Source: Octopus vulgaris (Eukaryota). Taken from it: a stretch of DNA of 64,000 bases. Each line of letters begins with the position of its first letter. Position 1 is the first letter of the stretch. A program made the position numbers and the translations under genes. The stretch is from the NCBI GenBank assembly GCA_951406725.2, contig OX597833.1, positions 1,116,001 to 1,180,000 of the forward strand, in the 5' to 3' direction. The notes under the pieces are model-generated. The model did no database searches and was not told the DNA's origin. It saw only the letters and a list, made by a program, of their open reading frames with translations. Below, piece by piece: positions 42,608 to 59,268 of this stretch.

Positions 42608-43425
<818 letters not shown>

Positions 43426-43677
43426 GGAGAATAAAAAGAAGAAGATTAACAGCTAAAACAACATTGAAAATCAATAATCGTGTGTAACGTTATATCATAG
43501 CGTCTGCGATTGTATAGTCCTTAATTTTTTCGAAAGGAGAAACTAATGAGATGCTAGAGATGTGGTCAAGAGACGGGAGAAATAGAGAGCGCTCCAGTAC
43601 AATGATAATAATTGATCTAAATGAGTACACCATCTTGAGACCCACGCACTTGAAATAGGCTGGGTGGTGCAATACAC

Positions 43678-43765
<88 letters not shown>

Positions 43766-43791
43766 ATATATATGCACACACACACATATAT

Positions 43792-43828
<37 letters not shown>

Positions 43829-43883
43829 TACATAAGTATATGTGTATGTGTGTATGTATAAGTATATATGATGTATATATTTA

Positions 43884-43944
<61 letters not shown>

Positions 43945-44752
43945 ACAGGCAAACAAAATTACATACATAACAAAATACGTACATACATACATGCATACAT
44001 ACATATACATACATACATGCATACTTCTATCTAGGAGTCCACATGAAATTTCGTAAATTTATGTACGTCAACAACCTCGAGTGAGTACTTTATTTTAATT
44101 GACATTCCTTTCGTTTTTCGCAGAACTACCATCTAAGTGTATACGCAAACACATACACTCATACACTCACATACACACACATGCACGCACATATATATAT
44201 GAAACATCGTTATGTATAATGTGTTTGCATAAATCTATAATCCCTATATATGCATATGTGTGTGTATGCATGTGTGCGTGTATGTACATACATATCTTTA
44301 TTACAAACCAGATCCTTGCTTATAATTAAAAAGTAGAAGCGAATATATATAGAGAGATAAGTAGAAATTAAGAGGCGTGGGGGCGATTAAAAAAACCTTG
44401 TTAACATACACGTATACATATTCGCGTGTATATATGTGCGTGTGTATGTGTGTGTGTGTAGATGTGCGTGTCTGTGTGTGTCTCTGTGCATAGGTATATG
44501 TATGTATGTACGTATATATATGCATATATAGACACATATATATTTTTGAGAGTGTGTAATCATATACATACATATATATGTGTGCGTCTGTGTATGTATG
44601 TATATATATAGGAACAGCAAAAATAAAAAGTGAGAAAGAAGCAACAAATGTCATTTAGACAACATATGTATGTATATATGTATATATATATATATATACA
44701 TACATACATACATACATACATACATACATACATACATACATACATACATACA

Positions 44753-44788
<36 letters not shown>

Positions 44789-45971
44789 TATGTACATTCA
44801 TATAATAAATAATATTAGGGTAATAAGAATTATAGAATTTTTTTATTACCAGTGGCCTAGCACAAAAAAAATTAGTCAATTGACTATATACTATTCATAT
44901 AAAAATATCGTGTATATTAAAACATATTAAGGGGCTTCCAAATAGGAAAGTCCTGTGCTAGAAAGAGCAGTGGAAAACTAAAACCACTAATTAGGGATAA
45001 ATTCTCGAAAGGAATGAAAATTAAAAACTTTAACCATCTAATTTAGTTCCTAGACCATAGTGAAAAATTCATCTGTTCGTGAAAGAAAACGTAAAGGGCC
45101 TGCATATGGTGCTGTTAACAGAGATATTTGACAACATCATTGCACACAAAAGCGAGGGTCCAAGAAGTAAAGCTTCCTTCAAGGCAGAACTAGAAATGCA
45201 ATTGTCAACTAGGTGAGAGGTTTTAAACAGGAGCGATATCTTCAAAATTGGTAACACTAAAAATTGTCAAGGACAAATTAAAATTTATTATTGTTACTGA
45301 ATATGTTAGTGTCATTTAATTTCTGAACGGTTTTGCTGCCGTTTGTTTATGTGGTTTGATCTCTTTATCCTCGAGTAAAGTTACGTAGAAACCATGAGCG
45401 TGTTTTCAAGGGAGATAATTAGAGAAAGACTTGAAAGTCAACATAAGATCCTAATATTTCATGTAAAGTAAAGCAAATATAACAAATAATCTAGAATCCT
45501 TGTCCGGCACCGCATCGATCCCAAACTCTAATCAATTTGTGCTAGTCACGAGGCCAAACATCCCTGAAGGTTTCATCCGAATCCATCCAGCGGTTCTTGG
45601 AATATCTTGTCACAGACAAACAGACAAACACGGCTGAAGGCTATAATCCTCACTACTGGAGGTACAAGGCCTCAAATCTGTACGGGAGGGAATTCATATT
45701 GTCCTTGAATGCTCGAAATTAGGAGTAAACAGACAACAAACAACTAACGAAGCGTCCCTTCTCTGTGTTTACTTGTCCTGTTTTGCATTTTTTCTCGTTG
45801 TTTACGTATTTCATATTATTTGCCCGGTTCGTGACGTCCTGTATCCATATATCAATGTATGTATATATATATATATATATAGGGAGAGTTTAAGAACAAA
45901 ACAAAAGAAGAAGACAGGTGGTGTACAAAACAAACAGATGTATTAGTATAACGCTCAGGAATAGAAAAAGT

Positions 45972-46007
45972 CTTTTACGTTTCGAGCCTACGCTCTTCTA
46001 CAGAAAG
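45972..46007 (-). ncRNA. Minimal hammerhead-like motif, ACGT family (A6U core), best copy
   Basis: cttt CTGTAGA a gagc-gtag-gctc GAAA cg TA aaag with perfect stems I and II; in element of about 45880-46045. Confidence 0.65.
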
Positions 46008-46042
46008 GGACACAGAAAAAACATGGAGACAAACAAGGAGAG

Positions 46043-46095
<53 letters not shown>

Positions 46096-46763
46096 TTTAT
46101 TATTGAAACTGTAAAAACATCACAAAAAAAGAAGAGAGAAAGATGAGATGTAATGTATGTGACAATATATCTGTTGGTGCTTATGTATGTATATATGTGT
46201 ATACATGCAAGCATGTAGATATTCATTCAGGAAGAACTGACAAACCTGACAAGCAAGAGTTATACAAGTGTTAAGCAGCCATTATCGACACAGGTTTATA
46301 ACGAACATTCTCGTAATATCTGCGTCTTCCTCAGAGCTAATGTAAGGCCGCCCAAGGTCAGAGTTAATAATAAATACTGTCAAGTCATTGTCTTGTGTCT
46401 TTACAAATCACTCTTTCCTTTCCCCCCACTCTTTCTTCCTTTCTTTCTCTCTCTCTCTCTCTCTCTCACTGTTCTGACTTCCTTCTAATATTATTTTCAC
46501 TAGGTTTGCAGTAAATTGTGTAATGCTATTTGAAAAGTTATGGTTATATTTACGTTTGGCATGAAGGTATATTTGGTTTTGCACTTCCTATATATCTGTC
46601 TATTCTGTCAATTAGTTTGACTGGACGTTTAGCCTTCTGTGTTGCTTCTCATTTCTCTCGCCTTCAATTCTTCAATTCTCTCGTGCTATCTGTTATGCTA
46701 TCTCCACTATATGTGTATATGTGTGTGTGTGTGTAGATTGATATATAAGTATATCTGTGCATA

Positions 46764-46849
<86 letters not shown>

Positions 46850-46971
46850 GGAAAATGTGAAGGTAGAAAATGCTAAAATAATTTTACAGCTGAAAAAGCA
46901 TCAATGACCGAAACCGGTACCAAAATGTTTTTAACACAATTTTGTTAGCATTTTCTACCTTGACATTTTTT

Positions 46972-47046
<75 letters not shown>

Positions 47047-47072
47047 AACTCATATGTTCCTTTTCAACCTTT

Positions 47073-47115
<43 letters not shown>

Positions 47116-48038
47116 TTTATATACATGTATCTGTGTGAATAGATGGATAGATAGAGAGATAGAGAGAGAGAGAAAGATATACATATAGAGATAGATAGAT
47201 GGGTAAATGGATAGATAGACATATATATATATACATACATGCATGTATATATAAATAAATATATATATACATATATACATACATATATGTACATACCTAC
47301 ATACATATGTATATATACATGCATATATGGGTACAGGATATCAAAACTACGTGAACAATATGAGGAACGAGAGCATGAAAAACAAAATCATGGAAAACGA
47401 ACTTTTTTCGAACAATGAAAGAAACAAATAGAGAAACAAGACAGGCAACATAAAGAACATTCACTTCATCAGTTGTCCCCTATTTCATCTACCCCGCTTT
47501 TCGAAGGTTGGGATGAGATGTGATTTCGTTGAAACAGTCGTTCGCGCAAAGCAAATTTGAAAAATTTGGGATTTGCTGAGGTCTAAAATAGAAACAAAAA
47601 AACAGAACAGTAAGAACAAAAGAGTAAAAACAAATGGTGAGGACTGTTAATCCATAACGCAGTGAAGTTGTGAACATTGGAAACACGAGCTTTGAGAAGA
47701 GACAGACAAATCACGTCTTGTCTTTTGGAAAGAAGTGGAAGAAAGATAGATAGATAGCCGTTGGTCAGGTGTGAGCAATGAAAGAATCAAGGAGAAAGAG
47801 TGAGAGAGAGGGAACGGTGAAGGGGAGAGGAGATGAATTAGAGTAAGAGCGGGAGAGAAAAATCAGAAAGAAAGAACAAACCGGCAGTAAATTACTGGGG
47901 TAGTATTTACATCCGGTTTTTTCAAGAATGATGATATTTGAACGTAACTGCAGATATAATCATCTGTGCCATTCGCCTTTACGCGGCTTCGTGTGGATGT
48001 TGGCGTTCGACTCAGCAAATTATATTTTTTTTATATAA

Positions 48039-48110
48039 TCTACTGAAGATCCGAAAATGATTATGTAAGTAAAATTACATAATCTATTAACGGTGAAACA
48101 ATTGTACAGA
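48039..48110 (+). ncRNA. Hammerhead ribozyme motif with CAATTG stem III
   Basis: tcta CTGAAGA t ccg...gattatgtaa/ttacataatc...cgg t GAAA caattg TA caga; one mismatch in stem I. Confidence 0.65.
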
Positions 48111-48263
48111 GTTAATCTATTTTTTCGTTATTTTTCATTTGTCCTGCTCGCTTACATTCTTGGCGCGTTGAATTAATTCTTGAGAATATTTTTTTAATGG
48201 TTGATTCCCTTCGTGCATCCATATCTAGCGTTAGAGTGACCAAATGTGGACTCTCTCTCATTA

Positions 48264-48402
<139 letters not shown>

Positions 48403-48538
48403 CTAAATTAGAGATAAAACCACTATTAGGCAAATCAAACAATGAAAAACTTAAGCCAATACATAAAATTAATTCATTTATATTATTTTAAATATATATC
48501 AAAAGTATTAAAAGTTTAATAAAAGATAATGAGTAAAA

Positions 48539-48607
48539 CACTAAGATCGTTTCATGGCTGTCCAATTCGTAATAATTCGAGTTATGGTTACAGTCAATCT
48601 TCAGGTA
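48539..48607 (-). ncRNA. Degenerate hammerhead, CGATCG family
   Basis: Inverted homolog of 6908-6971; CTGAAGA and GAAA retained, stem III mutated to cgatct. Confidence 0.55.
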
Positions 48608-49758
48608 ATTGAAATATTTATCTTAGCGAGGTTTAGCATACATATATATATATAATCTTTTGCCCGCAAGTTTCTTACGTTCATGTCCACCTAATGTACC
48701 CACTATGACTCCGTATCTTACCCGTGTGCAAGAACGGATCCTTTTGTTATACTTGTGTCTGCGCATATGCATACCTTTGTGTATAGGCATAGGGATCTAC
48801 TCCCCCATGTGCGTGGGGGTGGATGCGAGTGCAGGTGTATACATATTCCTGCCCACACGCATAGAGATTCACTTCGTCTTGTACATGCGGGTAAGTGCGA
48901 GTGTGCCTATATGAACGCATGTGAGTGTATGTATGTACGTACGTATGCGCGTCGCTTCGTGTACCCAACTACATGCGCCTTTTTCCATATATATCTGTAT
49001 ATGTTTACACGAGAGTACGTATGTATGCTTGTATGCGTGTAGTTGCGTATATGTGCGCGTGTATATGGGTGTATGTATCCATGCGTGTACGTATGTACAT
49101 GATAACCACTTAATACGTTACGAAGAACTAGAGAAGCGGCTCAACAACTCTAATTTACAATACACTAGGTCCCCAGACGCCCCGGTTGATTTATGACACC
49201 CAAGGCTTCAACAACCAGAATTTGTCATTTTCCTGACCACCATGTTTGATCCGTAACTACTATATATCCCTTATCCTTATATTCTTTTACATTCCTACAC
49301 TCTTATACCCTTTATACTTCTGATAATTTTTTTATTTAAAACATTTTTTTTTTTATTTAATTTTTTATAGCTTTATACCTTTATATTCATTTATATATTT
49401 TTTATATTTTTTTATATCTCTTTATATCTTTATACTCTACATTTTTATATTTTTCTATACTTACACTTTTTATATATTTTTTATCCTTCGTCCTGAATTC
49501 TCGCCCCTCCATCTTTATCCCTATTTGCTCTTATTACCAGGTTCCTTCACGTCTGTCTGTATTTTATATATGTATATATTTATTTATTCATTTATATTAC
49601 CTCAACATCCAAACTTCCTCATTCTACATTGAGAGAAGGACGAGATGGACGCTTCATTTTTATGCTGTTGCCGCATTATGTCGTACGCGAATGAGAGGAT
49701 TTGCATCCCCAACATAGAATTTTTGATGTAATACATGTCCTTGAGGTAGTAGTTGTGC

Positions 49759-49836
49759 GCGGCTGAAGAAGGGCATAGACACACATTATGCATTGTTATA
49801 AATCCGTCTAATAAAGGCCCGAAACATATGTACCGC
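49759..49836 (+). ncRNA. Type I hammerhead ribozyme, CATATG family
   Basis: gcgg CTGAAGA a gggc...gccc GAAA catatg TA ccgc. Confidence 0.82.
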
Positions 49837-49870
49837 TGAATCCTTGGCATCATGTTTTTATTTTGATTAA

Positions 49871-49936
<66 letters not shown>

Positions 49937-50576
49937 TGTATTTATCTATATAAATTGACTATATAAGTTGAAGGGGCAAGACACTTATAATTTAGAGATA
50001 AAATTAAATCATCTTTGAAAAAGTGATGCATAATCATATTTCCCATACTTTTCTTAAACGAGTCTTATGCTGTATTCATGCATATATACACACACATAAC
50101 CATTTATATTTACCACACACTCACACATACACACACATACACACACACACATATATATATATATATGCATGCATGTAGGTATGTATGTAGGCAGGTAGGT
50201 TGGTAGGTAGTGAGAATTTACGAAAAAAAAACAACAAAAGACGAAAGCGGGTGTGTAAACAACAAACAGATGTATTAGTTTAACGCTGGGGAGGTAGAAA
50301 AGTCTTTTACATTTCGAGCCTATGCTCTTCAACAGAAAGGAACACAGAAATAAACAGGGAGAGAAGATAGAAAAAGGTAGGTAGGTAGGTTATGTATGTA
50401 TCTTTATATATTATGCAAACAGATATATATATGTATATATATGTATATATATGATAGCTTTAAGCCTGCTAACAGGAAAATTGGAAAATTAGAATTCAAT
50501 ACGAGAGCAGATTAAATGATGTCAGAGGAATATGTAGTTTCTCAGTTAATAAACAATGCTATGATATATGACATGT

Positions 50577-50611
<35 letters not shown>

Positions 50612-50820
50612 AATATACATCTATGCACATGTCGATGCGTTTGAAGATGTTAATAGTACACAATAACGGAACGCTATTGGTGGTTTGAGACTTACCATTT
50701 CAGTGAAACAGAATACCCGTTTCTTAGCAACACACATATGTTTAGATACCTTCCAAGATTTTACAGCGTATTGATTCTACGAGCGAAGTGTGTATATGAG
50801 TCTCTGTCTCTGTGCGCATG

Positions 50821-50878
<58 letters not shown>

Positions 50879-50977
50879 CGCGTGTGTGTTTAGTGTTTGT
50901 ATATACACACATATATATGTGTCTGTTTGTGTTTAGTGTATGTATATACATACATATATGAGTGTGTTTAGTATATG

Positions 50978-51066
<89 letters not shown>

Positions 51067-51751
51067 AAATACATAGATATATATATATATATGCGTGTGT
51101 GTGTTTAGTGTATGTATATACATAAATATATATGTGTGTGTATGTATGTATACATATATATATATATATGCATATATATAATCATATACATGTATATATA
51201 TATTCATATACATTCATATATGTGCATATATATATATATATACATAATATATATTTACACACACACGCATACACACACACACACACACACACACAAAGAC
51301 ACTCATAATCCTGTAGTTGGTCATTACTTATGAACGGTTGGTATTTATGTTTTAGTTCATGTAGGTCCATGAACTTTTTTCTCTCTTTATATTTTTTATT
51401 TCTGCAGCCTCGTGGGAAAAGACAGACTTTTGACAACATAAACTATTACAATTATCGCCAATATATCATTCCTTCCTCCAGACAACCCTGGTAACCTGTC
51501 GCATCCTATACGAATCAGTCTATCAATCAACCTCATAAAACGTTACTGTGATTTTACACAGAGCAATAACTCTATTTAAGACGATATTGTATACAGCTTT
51601 ATCTTGAAAGAGGCACTAAATCGAAATCATACGAGGAAAAGAATGGTAGATTTAAACACGTATATATATATGTGTGTGTGTGTGTGCGTTTGTGTATGTT
51701 TGTGTATACATATGTATGTATGTATGTAGATATAGATACATTTGTATATAT

Positions 51752-51800
<49 letters not shown>

Positions 51801-51862
51801 GAGGCATGCACACATATAAATATATATATATATATATATATGCATACACACACACATACACA

Positions 51863-51870
<8 letters not shown>

Positions 51871-51895
<25 letters not shown>

Positions 51896-52587
51896 TATGT
51901 ATGTATGTATGTTTGTGTGTATGTATGTATTAAGTATGTATGTATGTATTATGTATGTATGTATGTTTGTGTGTATGTATGTATGTATGTATGTATGTAT
52001 GTATGTATTATGTATGTATGTATGTTTGTGTGTATGTATGTATGTATGTATGTATGCATGTGAGTATGAATGTATGTATGTATGTATGTATGTATGTTTG
52101 TGTGTATGTATGTATGTATGTTTGTATGTATGTATGCATGTGTGCATGTATATATGTATGTATGTATGTACGTATGTATTTATGTATGTATGTTTGTGTG
52201 TATGTAAGTATGTATGTATTAAGTATGTTTGCATGTATGTATGTATGCATGTGTGCATGTATGCATGCATGTATGTATGTATTTATGTATGTATTTATGT
52301 ATGTATTTATGTATGTATTTATGTATGTATGTATGTATATATGTATGTATGTAAGTATGTTTGTGTGTATGTATGTATGCATGTATGTATGTATGTATGT
52401 AAGTATGTATGTTTGTGTGTGTATGTATGTATGTATGTATGTATTTATGTATGTATGTATGTATGAATGTATGCATGTATGTATTATGTATGTATGTATG
52501 TATGCATGTATATATGTATGTATGTATGTATACATGTATGTATGTATGTATGTATGTATGTTTGTATGTATGTTTGTTTGTATGTAT
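51871..52587. repeat. Degenerate (ATGT)n satellite with recurring variant blocks
   Basis: Direct reading; ATGTTTGTGTGT and TATT interruptions recur. Confidence 0.9.
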
Positions 52588-53056
52588 AGAGATTAGAAAA
52601 ATAATAGCTACTCATGAATACCGATGCAAATTGAGTGCTCCTTTATGTTTATTACTTTCACAAGGTCATTGATTATTTTACCTGCTTGCTCTTGAGAAGA
52701 CCCGGATGTTAGTGCAAACAGAATTTTATTATAAGTTAGCAAAGTTACCCGGCGTTGCTTGGGATAAAATGGCATACAGTTTTTTTTCTTGTTTTACTTG
52801 TTTCAGTGATGTGACAAAAATCTGCCACAGGATTTATTTTTTGTAAGCAATGTACTTAGTCTATCCGTGTCTTTTGCCGAACTGCTAGGTAATGGGAACG
52901 TAAACACAGCAACATTGGTTGTTAATCAATGGTGGTGGGTACAAACAAAATCACATCCATCCACACACATCTACACACAAATATGCACATGTATACGACA
53001 GTCTTCTTTCAGTTTCCGTGTACGAAATCCACTCACAAGGCTTTGGTCAGCCTGAG

Positions 53057-53110
<54 letters not shown>

Positions 53111-53159
53111 ATGTGTGTGTATGTGAGTATGTATGTATGTATCCATATATATATGTATC

Positions 53160-53210
<51 letters not shown>

Positions 53211-53229
53211 ATCCATATATATATATGTA

Positions 53230-53276
<47 letters not shown>

Positions 53277-53277
<1 letters not shown>

Positions 53278-53683
53278 CTCTCTCTTTTACTCTCTTACTT
53301 GTTTCAGTCATTTGACTGCGGCCATGCTGGAGCACCACATTTAGTCGAGCAACTCGACCCCGGGACTTATTCTTTGTAAGCCCAGTACTTATTCTATCGG
53401 TCTCTTTTGCCGAACCGCTAAGTGACGGCGACGTAAACACACAAGCATCGGTCGTCAAGCAATGCTGGAGGGACAAACACAGACACACAAACATACACAC
53501 ACATATATATATACATATATACGACGGGCTTCTTTCAGTTTCCGTCTACCAAATCCACTCACAAAGCTTTGGTCGGCCCGAGGCTATAGTAGAAGACACT
53601 TGCCCAAGATGCCACGCAGTGGGACTGAACCCAGAACCATGTGGTTGGTAAGCAAGCTATTTACCACACAGCCACTCCTGCGC
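53277..53683 (-). mobile_element. SINE family 1, full length
   Basis: As other copies; an older copy lies at 52790-53060. Confidence 0.9.
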
Positions 53684-53756
53684 CTACATACATATACCTA
53701 AATAATATATATATATGTATATACATATATATATGCATACTTATATATATACAAAG

Positions 53757-53789
<33 letters not shown>

Positions 53790-55226
53790 CAGACGTATAT
53801 AAATACATAATATATGTATACATAGTGAAAGGAATTGTAACTGAAACCCTATAATAGTGAAAGTATTATATCACATTACCATAGGGATGTTATTGTTTCA
53901 CTTCTGACACGTAAAACCGAAACAGTGCAAGAGATAAGTGATTAGTCCTGGCTCACATTATGCAAGAAGTTGACACTGCATGGACATGACACTGCATGGA
54001 CCCTAAGTGAGTCATGTGTAAAATTTGAATGGAATCGGTTGGGTCGTTCGCGAGTTTTATTGATGCAAACATGCAGACAGACACACATTCTCAGTTTTAT
54101 ATATAGAGATATCTCTATGAATTTTAAACGGTGAATAATTCATAATGTATGAATATATTTTCCTTCAATTAAATGCGAAATTTATGCCCATAGCTATGTA
54201 CTGTTTTGATTAGCAGTTTAATCTATGCATATCACTATGTAGGTTAGTGAAATTTGTTTGTATTTTAGACATTGAATCAAGATAGCGTCTGCTCTCCATT
54301 TTGTATTATGCCTTCATAGAAGTAACTTCACTCTGTTCAGTAGCTATACTCTTAAGAGGTGTGGTTGCTCTACAAGGAAATTATAATCGGTTTCCTGAAT
54401 AAAAAATACCTGTTATATGTGTGTGAGCGCTGTGTGTGTGTGTCTGTCTATCTGTGCGTGTGTGCGTGTGCGAGTTTGTGTGTATGTATTTATACATATA
54501 TATATTCTTTTATTTTTTTATTCGTTTCAGTCATTTGACAGCGGCCATGCTGGAGCAGCACCTTTAGTCAAACACGTCGACCCCCCACCCCCAGGACTTA
54601 TTGTATAGTATTGCCATTGATATGCTAAAATATTTATCATATTTCGTAATAAAACTGATCTGAAACATAGAGCTTCATCGGAGTGAAGAATAAAGAAAAA
54701 GGGAAAAGTTGAATATAGTTGTAATCATACCATTTTGCTTGCGTATCACTTTGGGACGTTAGGTAAATAATTTTAGCATATCAATGACGATAGCATACTA
54801 CACCGGAAGCAGAAACAGCTGTTAGATCGGATGCAGTTTATTTCTATTGAACTAATAAATAGTAGTTGATGTAAGTCAATTGATGTTCTTCGATATCACT
54901 CCATTTTCTGTCTGCTTTAAATTTACATGTGTGTGTATATGTGAATGTGCATGGAGAGAGAGAGAGAGAGAGGGCGAGGGGGTGAAGAGAGAAACAGAGA
55001 GACATTGATAAAAAGATGTAGATATATCCATTTAGAGAAACGAAGTCATATTCATCCCTACAATCCGCTGCACATGAATATATATAAATATACTCTATAT
55101 CAATTTGAAGACATGGTATATTACATACATATATATATATATATATATACATGTGTATATAAATATATATATATATATATGTATGTATGTATATATGTAT
55201 ATATAGGCATGCATATACATCGGCAC

Positions 55227-55266
<40 letters not shown>

Positions 55267-55298
55267 ATATAGGCATACATATACATCGGCACCCATAT

Positions 55299-55363
<65 letters not shown>

Positions 55364-55402
55364 CATATGTATGTATATATATAGGCATACATATACATCG
55401 GC

Positions 55403-55445
<43 letters not shown>

Positions 55446-55690
55446 TGTGTATGTGTGTGCGTGTGTTCCGCTGCGACCAATTATTTCTAGCAAAACGAAT
55501 AAGAATAAGTAGAAAGTCGATAAAAATCATAGTCCAACGTATTCCACAAAACCTATCATTCTCCTTTCTCTTTTTTAAACTTTCTTATTAGATGACTCTT
55601 CAATATTCTCAATCTGTGATTGGTTAAGAAATTTGAAGCGAGCATCAGAAAACAATTCACATGCACATACATACGCCCACACACATACAC

Positions 55691-55811
<121 letters not shown>

Positions 55812-55927
55812 AATTTACATACACGCATATATACATATTTATTCATCTGCCCCCATATTCATTTATGAATGTCTCTAACTACCTACAGAACTATACATGT
55901 ATATAGAAATCTACAAGTATATATATG

Positions 55928-55965
<38 letters not shown>

Positions 55966-56100
55966 TATGTACACATGTATATGTGTGTATATATATATAA
56001 ACATATATATATATACATGTGTACATGTGTATATATATACCTATATATATGTATATATATATATGTGTGTGTACATATGTATATATCTGTATATATTTGT

Positions 56101-56134
<34 letters not shown>

Positions 56135-56478
56135 ACATATATATTTATATATATATATATATATATATATTCATATATATGCAAGAAATCACACAGCTGT
56201 GTATATGTGTGTGTGCGTGTGTGTCAATATGTACGTCTACACATAAAATGTATGTTTGTATGTATGCGTGAATGGATAGATGGATGGATGTGCGAGTGTA
56301 TATCTTGTGGTATGTACTAGAACTAACTGCGCTTTGCATTCAAATCAATCTCAGGGCAAGGTTGCCTTCCACTAATCCGCCATCAGTAAATAAACTAACC
56401 CTGAATACATATTCCCCATCCCTCTCTTTCCTTCTCTCTCTTTCTATCCATCTATCTCTATCTATCTATCTATCTATT

Positions 56479-56632
<154 letters not shown>

Positions 56633-57313
56633 ACTCTTCCGCCATCTCGCTCTAAGAAGTTACACAATATCCGTTTTCATAAGAAATGGAGATGAAGTAT
56701 GGCACTGTAATCGCAAATGAAAGAACTGACAAATGCAACCCCAAGGAAGTGATCTGCGAATATGTGTGATGGGTTCAGATTTTTTCGTGCATACCGCACA
56801 CACGTCCACACACATTTATGAAAATGTACATTATTTACATATCAAACACCTCTAATCAATTATAGTTTGATCTTGTTTCTAGTTGACCTCAAATTCAACG
56901 CACATCTAGAAATCCTGTAATGTTTCCCTTATGAGTAGAGCGAATAGGATAGGCTTCTGAACGCTTCCCATCTAACAAATTTCACTCAAAAGCATTGCTC
57001 AAATTTAGGGCATACTAGAAATTCTTAGCCCAGTAACACAACGGTACCAAACTGCGTTGTATAACAAATGGAGGTAAAGAGATGGACCTTCATAACGGGC
57101 CTTCAGTACTGGACCTTCAAATTTCTGCAAAAAGCGAACAATTTCAGGGAAGTGGGTAAGACTATAAAATTGACCCCTAGTGTCTAACTGGTACTTATTT
57201 TACCGATCTCGAAAGGATGAAGCGCGAAGTCGACCTTGACGGCATCTGAAGTCAGAAAACCTGCTCCAAAGCGTTTTCCTCTACGAGGTACTGATTTCTC
57301 CAATTTTGTCGCC

Positions 57314-57779
57314 TTAACCCTTTCGTTGCCAACCCGGTTGAAATCGGCTCTGGCACTGAGTACAAATGTCATGTTTTCATAAGTTCTGAATTAAAATCTT
57401 CCACCAAACCTTCACAATTTATGTTCCTAACACTAGCTGAATGATAACTAAGTTATTTTACTAAATTCTTTGTTATATTTAAAATTAATTGAAAGAAACA
57501 CGGAGCATCTCAATAGAAATGTGGTAACAAAATGGTTAAAATATATATAATAGAGAAACAATTCTTAATCCTTTTGAAACCACCACTGGCTTTGTAATAC
57601 AAATGTCTTGTCTTCAAAAGTTCTGAATTAAAATCTTCCACCAAACCTTAGTCACAATTTATGTTCCTAACACTAGCTGAATGATAACTGAGTTATTTTA
57701 CTAAATTCTTTGTTATATTTATAATTAATTGAAAGGAACACAGAGCATCTCAAAATTAATACAGTAACGAAGGGGTTAA
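57314..57779. mobile_element. Two tandem piggyBac-like MITEs (57314-57539, 57565-57779)
   Basis: TTAA flanks with CCCTTT/AAGGG-type termini; near-identical bodies. Confidence 0.7.
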
Positions 57780-58166
57780 TAGCACTTAATAATATACTCG
57801 CACTTAACAGGCGACAGACGTATGGAAAGAGAGAAGGAATAAGAAAAGAAATCTCACCGTACGTTTCCCAATTCAAATTTGGTTTCTTCTTGTCTGTAGC
57901 AATACATTATATTTCAAGTTGAAGGATTAACTGTGTTGAGGTATCTATACTAATTATTAGAGTGCTTACAGATATAAAATTTATTTAGATTAACGGAATG
58001 GATGTTCCTACAAAATGGATTCCATATTAAATGATGCACGTATGTCAGTCAATTACGAAAGAGTGTACATCCTTTCACGTTATGACTAGCAGTAATTATA
58101 TATGTGTGTGTATGTGTGCGTGTATGTACGGACAGAAATGTATATACACATCAATAATTGTGTATA

Positions 58167-58221
<55 letters not shown>

Positions 58222-58224
<3 letters not shown>

Positions 58225-58347
58225 AAAAATTCTAATGCCAGATACGCCGAAACAAAAGAATTGTCGATAACCATTAAATTTATGCATATATTTAATGGTT
58301 ATCGACAATTTTTTTGTTTCGGCGTATCTGGCATTAGAATTTTTCTT
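58222..58347. repeat. 126-bp near-perfect palindrome beside (TA)n
   Basis: Mirror symmetry about the TGCA at 58283-58286. Confidence 0.9.
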
Positions 58348-58453
58348 CTGCCCTTATCTTGTAAATTATGAATAAATTTTACCTTTAAAGGCATTTTTTG
58401 ATATGCTGGCCATTGATAAAATTTTTTTCGGGAAAAAAATTTTATCCTGTATC

Positions 58454-58514
<61 letters not shown>

Positions 58515-58599
58515 AAAAAAGGTTTGAAAATGCAATTTAAACGATGTTTATTTACTTAACCGGTTTCACTCTTTGGTAAAAGATTGTCAAAATTAACAT

Positions 58600-58748
58600 T
58601 TAAGGAAACATTGAATAATATGGGTTCAAAAAAAGTTTTTTACATAATTGTCACATTGAATATTATGCATTCAAAAAAGTTTTTACATAATTGTCACATT
58701 GGATATTATGAATTCAAAAATTTTTTTATACATAATTGTCACATTACA
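58600..58748. repeat. ~43-bp minisatellite, about 3 copies
   Basis: ttttacataattgtcacatt repeated three times. Confidence 0.8.
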
Positions 58749-59087
58749 TGTATAAATATAGTGTTTGGTAACAGAGAAGTTCAATAGTGTGATGAGAATA
58801 TTTGGGAAAATTTGGCAGAAAAGGATAAAACAAATATATTATTGGGAATTGGTTGCGTTAATTATTGGTTGTCGCAAATTGTCACATTACATGTATATAT
58901 ATACAGTCTTTGGTATATATATACAGCCTTTTGACAGCAAAAATTAAAATGGATTTTTTATACATCTCAGAATATTTTAAGTTCAAGGCGAGAATATGTT
59001 TTTACTGACCTGTCGGTATTAGCAGTTCAGTCACTCCTGCGCCCATATATATGTACATATATATACATATATATGTATATATATACA

Positions 59088-59118
<31 letters not shown>

Positions 59119-59135
59119 GTGTGTATATATACATA

Positions 59136-59190
<55 letters not shown>

Positions 59191-59224
59191 TGTATATATA
59201 TGTATATATATATGTGTGTGTGTG

Positions 59225-59266
<42 letters not shown>

Positions 59267-59268
<2 letters not shown>

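Noticed and set aside
46561-46620. Signal-peptide-like mini-ORF MKVYLVLHFLYICLFCQLV
   Set aside because: Stops after 19 codons with no convincing splice donor to link it to the 51408 segment.
57850-57900. Candidate for the missing sGC exon 2 (WETY then gtgag)
   Set aside because: Wrong intron phase and no YGFVN-like sequence upstream.
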